Shown here piece by piece: positions 1 through 11,035 of a stretch of 64,000 nucleotides of DNA. Position numbers and translations under genes: made by a program. The notes below the pieces were generated by a model. It searched no databases, had not been told where the DNA came from, and worked only from the letters and a program-made list of their open reading frames with translations. Each line of letters opens with the position of its first letter. The first letter of the stretch is position 1. The stretch is from Nemertoderma westbladi (lineage: Eukaryota; Animalia; Xenacoelomorpha). The stretch spans positions 11,707 to 75,706 of the forward strand of contig JAUCBJ010000602.1 of assembly GCA_032718475.1 (NCBI GenBank). Direction: 5' to 3'.

Positions 1-1255
1 AACGGGTACATAAAGAACTCGTTTTGATTAAGTTTAGCAGCGCCACCGAACGGGTACATAAAGAAGTCGTTTTGATTAAGTTTAGCAGCGCCACCGAACG
101 GGTACATAACGAACTCGTGTTGTTTAGGTTTAGCAGCGCCACCAAGCGGGTACATAACGAACTCGTTTTGTTTAAGTTTAGCAGCGCCACCGAACGGGTA
201 CATAAAGAACTCGTTTTGTTTAAGTTTAGCAGCGCCACCGAGCGGGTACATAAAGAACTCGTTTTGTTTAAGTTTAGCAGCGCCACCGAACGGGTACATA
301 AAGAACTCATTTTGTTTAAGTTTAGCAGCGCCACCGAAGGGGTACATAACGAACTCGTGTTGTTTAGGTTTAGCAGCGCCACCGAACGGGTACATAACGA
401 ACTCGTTTTGTTTAAGTTTAGCAGCGCCACCGAACGGGTACATAAAAAACTCGTTTTGTTTAGGTTTAGCAGCGCCACCGAACGGGTACATAACAAACTC
501 GTTTTGTTTAGGTTTAGCAGCGCCACCGAACGGGTACATAAAGAACTCGTTTTGTTTAGGTTTAGCAGCGCCACCGAACGGGTATATAAAGAACTCGTTT
601 TGTTTAAGTTTAGCAGCGCCACCGAACGGGTACATAAAGAACTCGTTTTGATTAAGTTTAGCAGCGCCACCGAACGGGTACATAAAGAACTCGTTTTGAT
701 TAAGTTTAGCAGCGCCACCGAACGGGTACATAACGAACTCGTGTTGTTTAGGTTTAGCAGCGCCACCGAACGGGTACATAACGAACTCGTTTTGTTTAGG
801 TTTAGCAGCGCCACCGAACGGGTACATAACAAACTCGTTTTGTTTAGGTTTAGCAGCGCCACCGAACGGGTACATAACGAACTCGTTTTGTTTAGGTTTA
901 GCAGCGCCACCGAACGGGTACATAACAAACTCGTTTTGTTTAGGTTTAGCAGCGCCACCGAACGGGTACATAACGAACTCGTGTTGTTTAGGTTTAGCAG
1001 CGCCACCGAACGAGTACATAACGAACTCGTTTTGTTTAGGTTTAGCAGCGCCACCGAACGGGTACATAACAAACTCGTTTTGTTTAGGTTTAGCAGCGCC
1101 ACCGAACGGGTACATAACAAACTCGTTTTGTTTAGGTTTAGCAGCGCCACCGAACGGGTACATAACGAACTCGTTTTGTTTAGGTTTAGCAGCGCAACCG
1201 AGCGGGTACATAACGAACTCGTTTTGTTTAGGTTTAGCAGCGCAACCGAGCGGGT
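1..1255 (+). repeat. 48-bp minisatellite (~26 units in window, continues past the left edge); unit = Dvl 3' splice site plus the first ~24 nt of the exon
   Basis: Unit GTACATAACGAACTCGTTTTGTTTAG|GTTTAGCAGCGCCACCGAACGG; the last unit runs directly into the Dvl exon at 1232. Confidence 0.95.
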
Positions 1256-1380
1256 GCAGCAGTCGCGGTTTCGCAGTAAGATGAGGAAGAGACGCCGTCG
1301 TCCACCTCCCAGACTCCCAACCCGCCAGCTGGTAGGTCCCAGTGGGGCTATGAGTGTCAACTCATACTCATCTATAACCG
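1232..1380 (+). CDS. dvl: Dishevelled exon: Ser-rich/basic region upstream of PDZ (FSSATERVQQSRFRSKMRKRRRRPPP...YSSIT)
   Basis: Acceptor ttttgtttAG (1230-1231) and donor GTAAGC at 1381. Resembles the Dvl 'SSSTEQ...HKRRRRK...SFSSITD' segment. The phase-1 join G|AT gives the Asp of the next exon. Confidence 0.85.
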
Positions 1381-1977
1381 GTAAGCCCTAAATAATCTCG
1401 TCTAACACGTTTTTTTTATTCAATTTCATTTATAATATTAATAGTTCAAATGTATGTATAAAAATATAACAAGTTAGCGCGAAATTCAAATTTCTTATTC
1501 GGAATAATAATATTATACATTTAAAGGGTTAGTATGGTAATGCAGTATAGTATAATTCGATGCACCCCGTTCGACCTGTATTCTAGAACTGGTTTGCCAG
1601 CCCCTCGCCACGCAGACCAGCCCAGCAGGATTATTATGTAACACATTAACCATATCAACCGACCTTGAGGCTCGAACCCGGTACCTAGGTTCAAACTTTT
1701 GGTCATCTTCAGATGGTTTTGTCTCTAAGACCACTGAGCGACGAGGACGGATGAATAATTTATTTGCTATGGAGCGGAGAGTGGTCTATTAGTTGGTGGC
1801 CGTTTGTTAATCAATAAACATGAACGTACAGCTTTTTGGCGTTTAGCGTTTATTTTTCGCCAGGGAGAGTGTTATCATTATATTATATTATATTATACAT
1901 TATTATTCCCCCCCCCCCCCCCCCCTCCCCCCAAACCACAACTATTAATGTATTATTATTATTGTTTTACATTTCAG

Positions 1978-2995
1978 TGTTATCTGTTATATGTTCCAGG
2001 ATGTCATTAAACATTTTTATATCCGTCATAGATTCAAGTATGTCATTGATGGTTATCTGTTATAGATTCCAGTATATCATTGATCATGGTTCTCTGTTAT
2101 AGATTCCAGTATGTCATTGATGGTTATCTGATATAGATTCCAGTATGTCATTGAACATGGTTATCTGTAATAGATTCCAGTATGTCATTGAATATGGTTA
2201 TCTGTAATAGATTCCAGTATGTCATTGAACATGGTTATCTGTTATAGATTCCAGTATGTCATTGAACATGGTTCTTTGTTATAGATTCCAGTATATCATT
2301 GAACATGGTTATCTGTTATAGATTCCAGTATGTCATTGAACATGGTTCTCTGTTATAGATTCCAGTATGTCATTGATTGTTCTCTGTTATAGATTCTAGT
2401 ATGTCATTGAACATGGTTATCTGTTATAGATTCTAGTATATCATTGAACATGGTTATCTGTTATCGATTCCAGTATGTTATTGAACATGGTTCTCTGTTA
2501 TAGATTCCAGTATATAATTGAACATGGTTATCTGTTATAGATTCCAGTATGTCATTGAACATGGTTATCTGTTATAGATTCCAGTATGTCATTGAACATG
2601 GTTATCTGTTATAGATTCCAGTATATTATTGAACATGGTTCTCTGTTATAGATTCCAGTATATCATTGAACATGGTTATCTGTTATAGATTCCAGTATGT
2701 CATTGAACATGGTTATCTGTTATAGATTCCAGTATGTCATTGAACATGGTTATCTGTTATAGATTCCAGTATGTCATTGAACATGGTTATCTGTTATAGA
2801 TTCCAGTATGTCATTGAACATGGTTCTCTGTTATAGATTCCAGTATGTCATTGATTGTTCTCTGTTATAGATTCTAGTATGTCATTGTACATGGTTATCT
2901 GTTATAGATTCTAGTATATCATTGAACATGGTTATCTGTTATAGATTCCAGTATATTATTGAACATGGTTCTCTGTTATAGATTCCAGTATGTCG
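1978..2995 (+). repeat. 37-bp minisatellite (~26 units); unit = Dvl 3' splice site plus the start of PDZ exon 1
   Basis: Unit GTTATCTGTTATAG|ATTCCAGTATGTCATTGAACATG; real exon start ATTCCAGTATGTCGCTTAACATC at 2982; degenerate copies at the 5' edge. Confidence 0.95.
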
Positions 2996-3114
2996 CTTAA
3001 CATCGTCAATGTGACACTGAATATGGAGAACGTGAATTTTCTCGGTATCAGCATTGTCGGCCAGACAAATATTGGTGGAGACGGCGGAATTTATGTTGGA
3101 TCTATTATGAAAGG
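2982..3114 (+). CDS. dvl: Dishevelled exon: PDZ N-terminal half ([45 protein letters not shown])
   Basis: Hand translation matches the Dvl PDZ 'MSLNI.TVTLNME...FLGISIVGQ...DGGIY.GSIMKG'. AG at 2980-2981, donor GTAAGT at 3115, phase 2. Confidence 0.95.
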
Positions 3115-3345
3115 GTAAGTCTATCGGGTAGATCGTTATAAAACTAGTTAATTCAATTCGGACTATGTAAGTTCAATAAAATCAAGCAATATCGTATGAT
3201 TTGAGGTATGAGGATGTTGATTTGATTAGAATTATAATATTTGGCGTCTATTAAAGGTTTTTATTGCACTAGTTTTTCTATTCATTATGTCATTATTGTA
3301 TTTGAATTGTTATATTTTTTGTTAAAATGCGTTAAATCGCTTAAT

Positions 3346-4088
3346 TAGTAACTCATTACGTCACTTTGAGTCACTCATTACGTCACTTTAGTAATTCATT
3401 ACGTCACTTTAGTAACTCATTACGTCACTTTAGTAACTCATTACGTCACTTTAGTAACTCATTACGTCACTTTAGTAACTCATTACGTCACTTTAGTAAC
3501 TCATTATGTCACTTTAGTAACTCATTACGTCACTTTAGTAACTCATTACGTCACTTTAGTAACTCATTACGTCACTTTAGTAACTCATTACGTCACTTTA
3601 GTAACTCATTACGTCACTTTAGTAACTCATTACGTCACTTTAGTAACTCATTACGTCACTTTAGTAACTCATTATGTCACTTTAGTAACTCATTACGTCA
3701 CTTTAGTAACTCATTACGTCACTTTAGTAACTCATTACGTCACTTTAGTAACTCATTACGTCACTTTAGTAACTCATTACGTCACTTTAGTAACTCATTA
3801 CGTCACTTTAGTAACTCATTACGTCACTTCGAGTCACTCATTACGTCACTTTAGTGACTCATTACGTCACTTCGAGTCACTCATTACGTCACTTTAGTAA
3901 CTCATTACGTCACTTTAGTAACTCATTACGTCACTTTAGTAACTCATTACGTCACTTTAGTAACTCATTACGTCACTTTAGTAACTCATTACGTCACTTT
4001 AGTAACTCATTACGTCACTTTAGTAACTCATTACGTCACTTTAGTAACTCATTACGTCACTTTAGTAACTCGTTACGACACTTTAGTA
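3346..4088 (+). repeat. 21-bp intronic minisatellite (TAGTAACTCATTACGTCACTT, ~35 units)
   Basis: Near-perfect tandem units ending ~20 nt before the acceptor of PDZ exon 2a. Confidence 0.95.
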
Positions 4089-4108
4089 AATGATTGCACA
4101 ATGTTTAG

Positions 4109-4317
4109 CGGCGCCGTTGCTAACGACGGTCGTATCGACCCTGGTGACGTCATACTCCAAGTGAACGACGTCACCTTCGACAATCTGACCAATGACGAGG
4201 CGGTCCATGTACTCAGAGAAGTCGCGTCTAAACCCGGCCCCGTGCGCCTCCTAGTGGCCAAGTGTTGGAACTCTACACCAGGAACTAATTCTAGTCGCTA
4301 CCTAAATATTGCTAAGT
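4109..4317 (+). CDS. dvl: Dishevelled PDZ C-terminal half, alternative exon a ([20 protein letters not shown]...[10 protein letters not shown]...IAK)
   Basis: tttAG at 4107-4108 and donor GTGAGT at 4318; 209 nt, phase 2 in and phase 1 out; clear Dvl '[20 protein letters not shown]...VAKCW' motif. Confidence 0.9.
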
Positions 4318-4871
4318 GTGAGTGGTGTTGCTATGGTTACCAAGTCGGTTGCCATGGTACACAAGTCGACGCAGGCATGGGAAGTCGCTGCTTTATACTA
4401 ACAACAATTTTGTTTTTTAGCTTTAATGAATGGTTTTAATAAAATTTATTAACATTAAACTAGCATTTTTTAACTAGCAACATTTAACAGTACTAAATTA
4501 CTTATATTTTTTAATATTTGCTTTATTAATTTTATTAATTTATAATGAAAATATTTTTTCTTATCTCTTTGCTTCCGCTCGACCTTCTGATGTTGGTTTG
4601 TATAATTTATTATATTTATCGCATTTTATCTCATCCAAAAACACCTGTTTCATACGTGTTTCCTTTTCATTGGCTGATTCCTACGTGCCGCATGGTTCAT
4701 ACATTACATACTGTATAATATATTAATTGATGTTTATTGTGGCAATTACATTATCATACTGCTGTTTGCGTTCGCTTCGTTATTCTGGTGGTGTATGTTC
4801 CCCCCCCCCCCCCCATCCCCTACCACACACTGTATTACCTCAACCCTCCCAATCTATATATCAACCCACAG

Positions 4872-5083
4872 TGGTGCCGTGGCTGCTGATGGACGTATAG
4901 AACCCGGCGATATGATCCTACAAGTCAATGACGTCAGCTTAGAGAATCTATCCAATGACGAAGCAGTTCGTGTTCTAAGGGACGTTGTGAATAAACCTAC
5001 CCCGGGCCCTGTGCGCCTCCTAGTGGTTAAATGCTGGAACCCCAACCCTCGATTAGGTTACCTATCACTGGATAGAAATCATT
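4872..5083 (+). CDS. dvl: Dishevelled PDZ C-terminal half, alternative exon b ([20 protein letters not shown]...[20 protein letters not shown])
   Basis: cacAG at 4870-4871 and donor GTTAGT at 5084; 212 nt, same phases as exon a; paralogous to 4109-4317. Confidence 0.9.
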
Positions 5084-5392
5084 GTTAGTCCTCTAGGTTG
5101 CTCGTTTTTGTTGTTGCTCAGATTATAGTGTGTGACCGTTTGCCATAATTATCTGACCAGCTACCCAGCAACTCTGCGCCCGAATGGAAAATAGCAAATT
5201 GTTTTTAAATAGCAAAAGTTTTTGATTGTCTCATTTCCTTCTGTTGTAAAAATTTCAATATGGCTTGATGTGGTTTGCATGCTGCTATGTTAAGTTACAT
5301 TATGTTTTAGCAGGGTAATGATAATTAATACATTGGATGGCCATAACGTTACGCATGCTAGTAGGGCATAATAGATGTAAATTGCTAATTTA

Positions 5393-5657
5393 CAGCAGCA
5401 GCGTGGTCTAGTGGTGACATCACTGTGCTTCCGATTAGGGAGCCCGGGTTCGATCCCTAGATGGGGCAGCACTGTTTGGGCACAGTGCTTTAAATGCTGC
5501 AGCATAGCCCAACCCTGGCTTTCATCCTTCAGTGGTCGATAAATGGGAACCAAGGCAACTTGGGAAACAGAGTGGAAGGGTTTACTGTGGAAGATCACCC
5601 ATGATAGTGGTGAACAGGCATTCCTTGGCTTAACGAGCCTAAAAGATTCTCCCATTC
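5393..5657 (+). mobile_element. tRNA-derived SINE (~265 bp) with 14-bp target-site duplication
   Basis: Pol III A-box TGGTCTAGTGG and B-box GGTTCGATCCC; flanked by the direct repeat AAATTGCTAATTTA (5379-5392, 5658-5671). The central GCTTTCATCCTTCAGTGGTCGATAAATG resembles, from memory, a conserved SINE central domain. Confidence 0.85.
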
Positions 5658-5749
5658 AAATTGCTAATTTATACATCCACTTTATTTCCATTTTTTTGAA
5701 CTGCGAACTACTGTAAAATTAAATAGACTAATTATTTTACCATTATAAT

Positions 5750-8700
5750 TATACCAGACTATTTATTTGTCACGTTACCATATTATCTCTGTATCTGGTT
5801 GATTTATTTGTTACGTTACCAGATTGATGTATTTGTCACGTTACCATATTTTCTCTGTATCCGGTTGATGTATATGTCATGTTACCATACTGTCTCTTTA
5901 TCTGATTGATTGATTTATTTGTCACGTTACCAGATTGATGTATTTGTCACGTTACCATATTGTCTCTGTATCTGGTTGATTTATTTATCACGTTACCAAA
6001 TTGATGTATTTGTCACGTTACCATATTTTCTCTGTATCTGGTTGATTTATTTGTCACGTTTCCAGATTTATTTATTTGTCACGTTACCATATTTTCTCTG
6101 TATCTGGTTGATTTATTTGTCACGTTTCAGATTGATGTATTTGTCACGTTACCATATTGTCTTCGTATCTGGTTGATTTATTTGTCACGTTTCAGATTGA
6201 TGTATTTGTCACGTTACCATATTGTCTTTGTATCTGGTTGATTTATTTGTCACGTTACCAGATGGATGTATTTGTCACGTTACCATATTGTCTCTGTATC
6301 TGGTTAATGTATTTGTCATGTTACCATATTGTCTCTGTATCTGGTTGATGTATTTGTCACGTTACCAGATTGATGTATTTGTCACGTTACCATATTGTCT
6401 CTGTATCTGGTTGATTTATTTGTTACGTTACCAGTTGGATGTATTTGTCACGTTACCATATTGTCTCTGTATATGGTTGATGTATTTGTCATGTTACCAT
6501 ATTGTCTCTGTATCTGGTTGATGTATTTGTCACGTTACCAGATTGATGTATTTGTCACGTTACCATATTGTCTCTGTATCTGGTTGATTTATTTGTTACG
6601 TTACCAGTTGGATGTATTTGTCACGTTACCATATTGTCTCTGTATATGGTTGATTTATTTGTCATGTTACCATATTGTCTCTGTATCTGGTTGATGTATT
6701 TGTCACGTTACCAGATTGATGTATTTGTCACGTTACCATATTGTCTCTGTATCTGGTTGATTTATTTGTTACGTTACCAGTTGGATGTATTTGTCACGTT
6801 ACCATATTGTCTCTGTATATGGTTGATTTATTTGTCACGTTTCAGATTGATGTATTTGTCATGTCACCATAATGTCTCTTTATCTGATTTATTTATTTAT
6901 CACGTTACCAGATTGATGTATTTGTCACGTTACCATATTTTCTCTGTATCCGGTTGATGTATATGTCATGTTACCATACTGTCTCTTTATATGATTTATT
7001 TATTTGTCACGTTACCAGATTGTTGTATTTTGTCGCGTTACCATATTTTCTCTGTATCTGGTTGATTTATTTGTCATGTTACCAGATTGATGTATTTGTC
7101 ACGTTACCAGATTGATGTATTTGTCACTTTACCAGATTGATGTATTTGTCACGTTACCATATTTTCTCTGTATCTGGTTGATTTATTTGTCACGTTTCCA
7201 GATTGATTTATTTGTCACGTTACCATATTGATGTATTTGTAACGTTACAATATTGTCTTCCTATCTGGTTGATTTATTTGTTACGTTACCAGTTTGATGT
7301 ATTTGTCACGTTACCATATTTTCTCTGTATCTGGTTGATTTATTTATCACGTTACCAGATGGATGTATTTGTCACGTTACCATATTGTCTTTGTATCTGG
7401 TTGATTTATTTGTTACGTTACCAGTTTGATGTATTTGTCACGTTACCATATTTTCTCTGTATCTGGTTGATTTATTTGTAACGTTACCAGATGGATGTAT
7501 TTGTCACGTTACCAGATTGTCTTTGTATCTGGTTGATTTATTTGTTACGTTACCAGTTTGATGTATTTGTCACGTTACCATATTTTCTCTGTATCTGGTT
7601 GATTTATTTGTAACGTTACCAGATGGATGTATTTGTCACGTTACCAGATTGATGTATTTGTCACGTTACCATATTGTCTTTGTATCTGGTTGATTTATTT
7701 GTTACGTTACCAGTTTGATCTATTTGTCACGTTACCATATTTTCTCTGTATCTGGTTGATTTATTTGTCACGTTACCAGATGGGTGTATTTGTCACGTTA
7801 CCATATTGTCTCTGTATATGGTTGATTTATTTGTCACGTTACCATATTGATGTATTGTTCTCGTTATCACATTGTCTCTGTATCTGGTTGATGTATTTGT
7901 CACGTTACCATATTGTCTCTGTATCTGGTTGATGTATTTGTCACGTTACCTGATTGATGTATTTGTCATGTTGTCATATTTTATCTGTATCCGGTTGATG
8001 TATTTGTCACGTTACCATATTGTCTTTGTATCTGGTTGATTTATTTGTCACGTTACCATATTATCTCTGTATCTGGTTCATTTATTTGTCACGTTACCAA
8101 ATTGATGTATTTGTCACGTTACCAAATTGATGTATTTGTCACGTTACCAAATTGATGTATTTGTCATGTTGTCATATTTTATCTGTATCCGGTTGATGTA
8201 TTTGTCACGTTACCATATTGTCTTTGTATCTGGTTGATTTATTTGTCACGTTACCAGATTGATGTATTTTGTCACGTTACCATATTGTCTCTGTATCTGG
8301 TTGATTTATTTATTACGTTACCAGATGGATGTATTTGTCACGTTACCATATTGTCTCTGTATCTGGTTGATTTATTTGTCACGTTACCAGATTGATGTAT
8401 TTTGTCACGTTACCATATTGTCTCTGTATCTGGTTGATTTATTTGTCACGTTACCATATTGTCTCTGTATCAGGTTGATTTATTTATTACGTTACCAGAT
8501 GGATGTATTTGTCACGTTACCATATTGTCTCTGTATCTGGTTGATTTATTTGTCACGTTACCAGATTGATGTATTTTGTCACGTTACCATATTGTCCCTG
8601 TATCTGGTTGATTTATTTGTCACGTTACCAGATTGATGTATTTGTCATATTATCATATTTTATCTGTATCTGGTTGATGTATTTGTCACGTTACCAGATT

Positions 8701-10500
8701 GATGTATTTGTCATGTTGTCATATTTTATCTGTATCCGGTTGATGTATTTGTCCCGTTACCATATTGTCTTTGTATCTGGTTGATTTATTTGTCACGTTA
8801 CCATATTGTCTCTGTATCTGGTTGATTTATTTGTTACGTTACCAGATGGATGTATTTGTCACGTTACCATATTGTCTCCGTATCTGGTTGATTTATTTGT
8901 CACGTTACCAGATTGATGTATTTTGTCACGTTACCATATTGTCTCTGTATCTGGTTGATTTATTTGTCACGTTACCAGATTGATGTATTTGTCATATTAT
9001 CATATTTTCTCTGTATCTGGTTGATGTATTTGTCACGTTACCAGATTTATGTATTTGTCATGTTGTCATATTTTATCTGTATCCGGTTGATGTATTTGTC
9101 ACGTTACCATATTGTCTTTGTATCTGGTTGATTTATTTGTCACGTTACCATATTGTCTCTGTATCTGGTTGATTTATTTGTTACGTTACCAGATGGATGT
9201 ATTTGTCACGTTACCATATTGTCTCTGTATCTGGTTGATGTATTTGTCACGTTACCATATTGTCTTTGTATCTGGTTGATTTATTTGTCACGTTACCATA
9301 TTGTCTCTGTATCTGGTTGATTTATTTGTTACGTTACCAGATGGATGTATTTGTCACGTTACCATATTGTCTCTGTATCTGGTTGATGTATTTGTCACGT
9401 TACCAGATTGATGTATTTTTCACGTTACCATATTGTCTCTGTATCTGGTTGATGTATTTGTCATGTCACGTTACCAGATTGATGTATTTTTCACGTTATC
9501 ACATTGTCTCTGTATCTGGTTGATGTATTTGTCACGTTACCATATTGTCTTTGTATCTGGTTGATATATTTGTCACGTTACCATATTGTCTCTGTATCTG
9601 GTTGATGTATTTGTCACGTTAGCAGATTAATGTATTTGTCACGTTACCATATTGTCTCTGTATCTGGTTGATGTATTTGTCACGTTACCAGATTGATGTA
9701 TTTTTCACGTTACCATATTGTCTCTGTATCTGGTTGATGTATTTGTCATGTCACGTTACCAGATTGATGTATTTTTCACGTTATCACATTGTCTCTGTAT
9801 CTGGTTGATGTATTTGTCACGTTACCATATTGTCTCTGTATCTGGTTGATGTATTTGTCACGTTACCAGATAGATGTATTTGTCATGTTATCATATTTTC
9901 TCTGTATCTGGTTGATGTATTTGTCACGTTACCATATTGTCTTTGTATCTGGTTGATTTATTTGTCACGTTACCATATTGTCTCTGTATCTGGTTGATGT
10001 ATTTGTCACGTTACCAGATTAATGTATTTGTCACGTTACCATATTGTCTCTGTATCTGGTTGATGTATTTGTCACGTTACCAGATTGATGTATTTTTCAC
10101 GTTACCATATTGTCTCTGTATCTGGTTGATGTATTTGTCACGTTACCAGATTGATGTATTTTTCACGTTACCATATTGTCTCTGTATCTGGTTGATGTAT
10201 TTGTCACGTTACCAGATTGATGTATTTGTCATGTTATCATATTTTCTCTGTATCTGGTTGATTTATTTGTCACGTTACCAGATTGATGTATTTTGTCAAG
10301 TTACCATATTATCTCTATATCTGGTTGATTTATTTGTTACGTTACCAGATTGATGTATGTGTCACGTTACAATATTGTCTCTATTTCTGGTTGATTTATC
10401 GTCAACGTTACCAAATTTTCTCTGAACCCGGACCAGATCTCGTTACCAGAGTGTTTATGTAACCTGATTGAATTATTTGCCATATTACCAGATTATTCCT
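5750..10500 (+). repeat. Compound intronic minisatellite of interleaved ~25-bp and ~41-bp related modules
   Basis: Modules GTATTTGTCACGTTACCAGATTGAT and TTATTTGTCACGTTACCATATTGTCTCTGTATCTGGTTGAT in variable order; degenerate at both edges. Confidence 0.9.
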
Positions 10501-10615
10501 GAATCTGTTTTAATTATTTGGACTGTTACTAGATTGTTTCTATAAAGTCCCGAATTAGCTGCCTGCAACTGATTCGTAACTGGACCTTCTTAACTATTAA
10601 CTAATGATTCCACAG

Positions 10616-10768
10616 GTGAGCCCATCCGACCAATTGACCCATCCACTTGGATTGACCAATCACGAAGCAGCAACGACTACCGGGATTACAGGAATTCTGC
10701 CATCAGCCCATCAAGAAGTTCCGTTTCCCATAGCAGCAGTGTAAATAGTAGCGTTCCAGAATCCGAGC
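10616..10768 (+). CDS. dvl: Dishevelled exon after PDZ (CEPIRPIDPSTWIDQSR...SSVPESE)
   Basis: cacAG at 10614-10615 and donor GTTAGT at 10769; Dvl 'EP.RPIDP..W' and 'SS.PESER' motifs; 153 nt, phase 1/1. Confidence 0.92.
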
Positions 10769-10903
10769 GTTAGTACTTCTGTAAACAGTTCTAGCGTTCT
10801 AGAATACTCGAGTTGGTACCTCAGTAAAAAGTTAGCGTTCCAGAATCCTAGAGATATAGTAATAAGTTTATTTAAATGTTATTATTGTAATTAATTATTT
10901 TAG

Positions 10904-11035
10904 GTTACGAACAAGATCGGCTAACTATTAACACTGACATTGCAACTGTTGTGAAACACTTACAACGAGATGATATCGGTTTGGACATCAGAGACCGTCA
11001 GTGGCTCAAGATTACTATCCACGACGCCTTTATAG
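10904..11035 (+). CDS. dvl: Dishevelled exon: DEP domain start (RYEQDRLTINTDIATVVKHLQRDDIGLDIRDRQWLKITIHDAFI)
   Basis: ttttAG at 10902-10903 and donor GTTCGT at 11036; matches DEP 'GLEIRDRMWLKITI.NAFIG' including the conserved Lys. Confidence 0.93.

Noticed and set aside
2020-2981. Each 37-bp unit as a 23-nt micro-exon plus a 14-nt GT..AG micro-intron
   Set aside because: 14 nt is below the size of the other introns here (>=81 nt), 23 nt breaks the frame, and the donor GTTATC is poor.
4109-5083. Tandem two-PDZ Dishevelled
   Set aside because: Only the second half of the PDZ is duplicated, and including both exons causes a frameshift.
5393-5470. tRNA gene
   Set aside because: A/B boxes are present, but the sequence continues into a ~265-bp body bounded by a TSD and no convincing cloverleaf was found; called a SINE.
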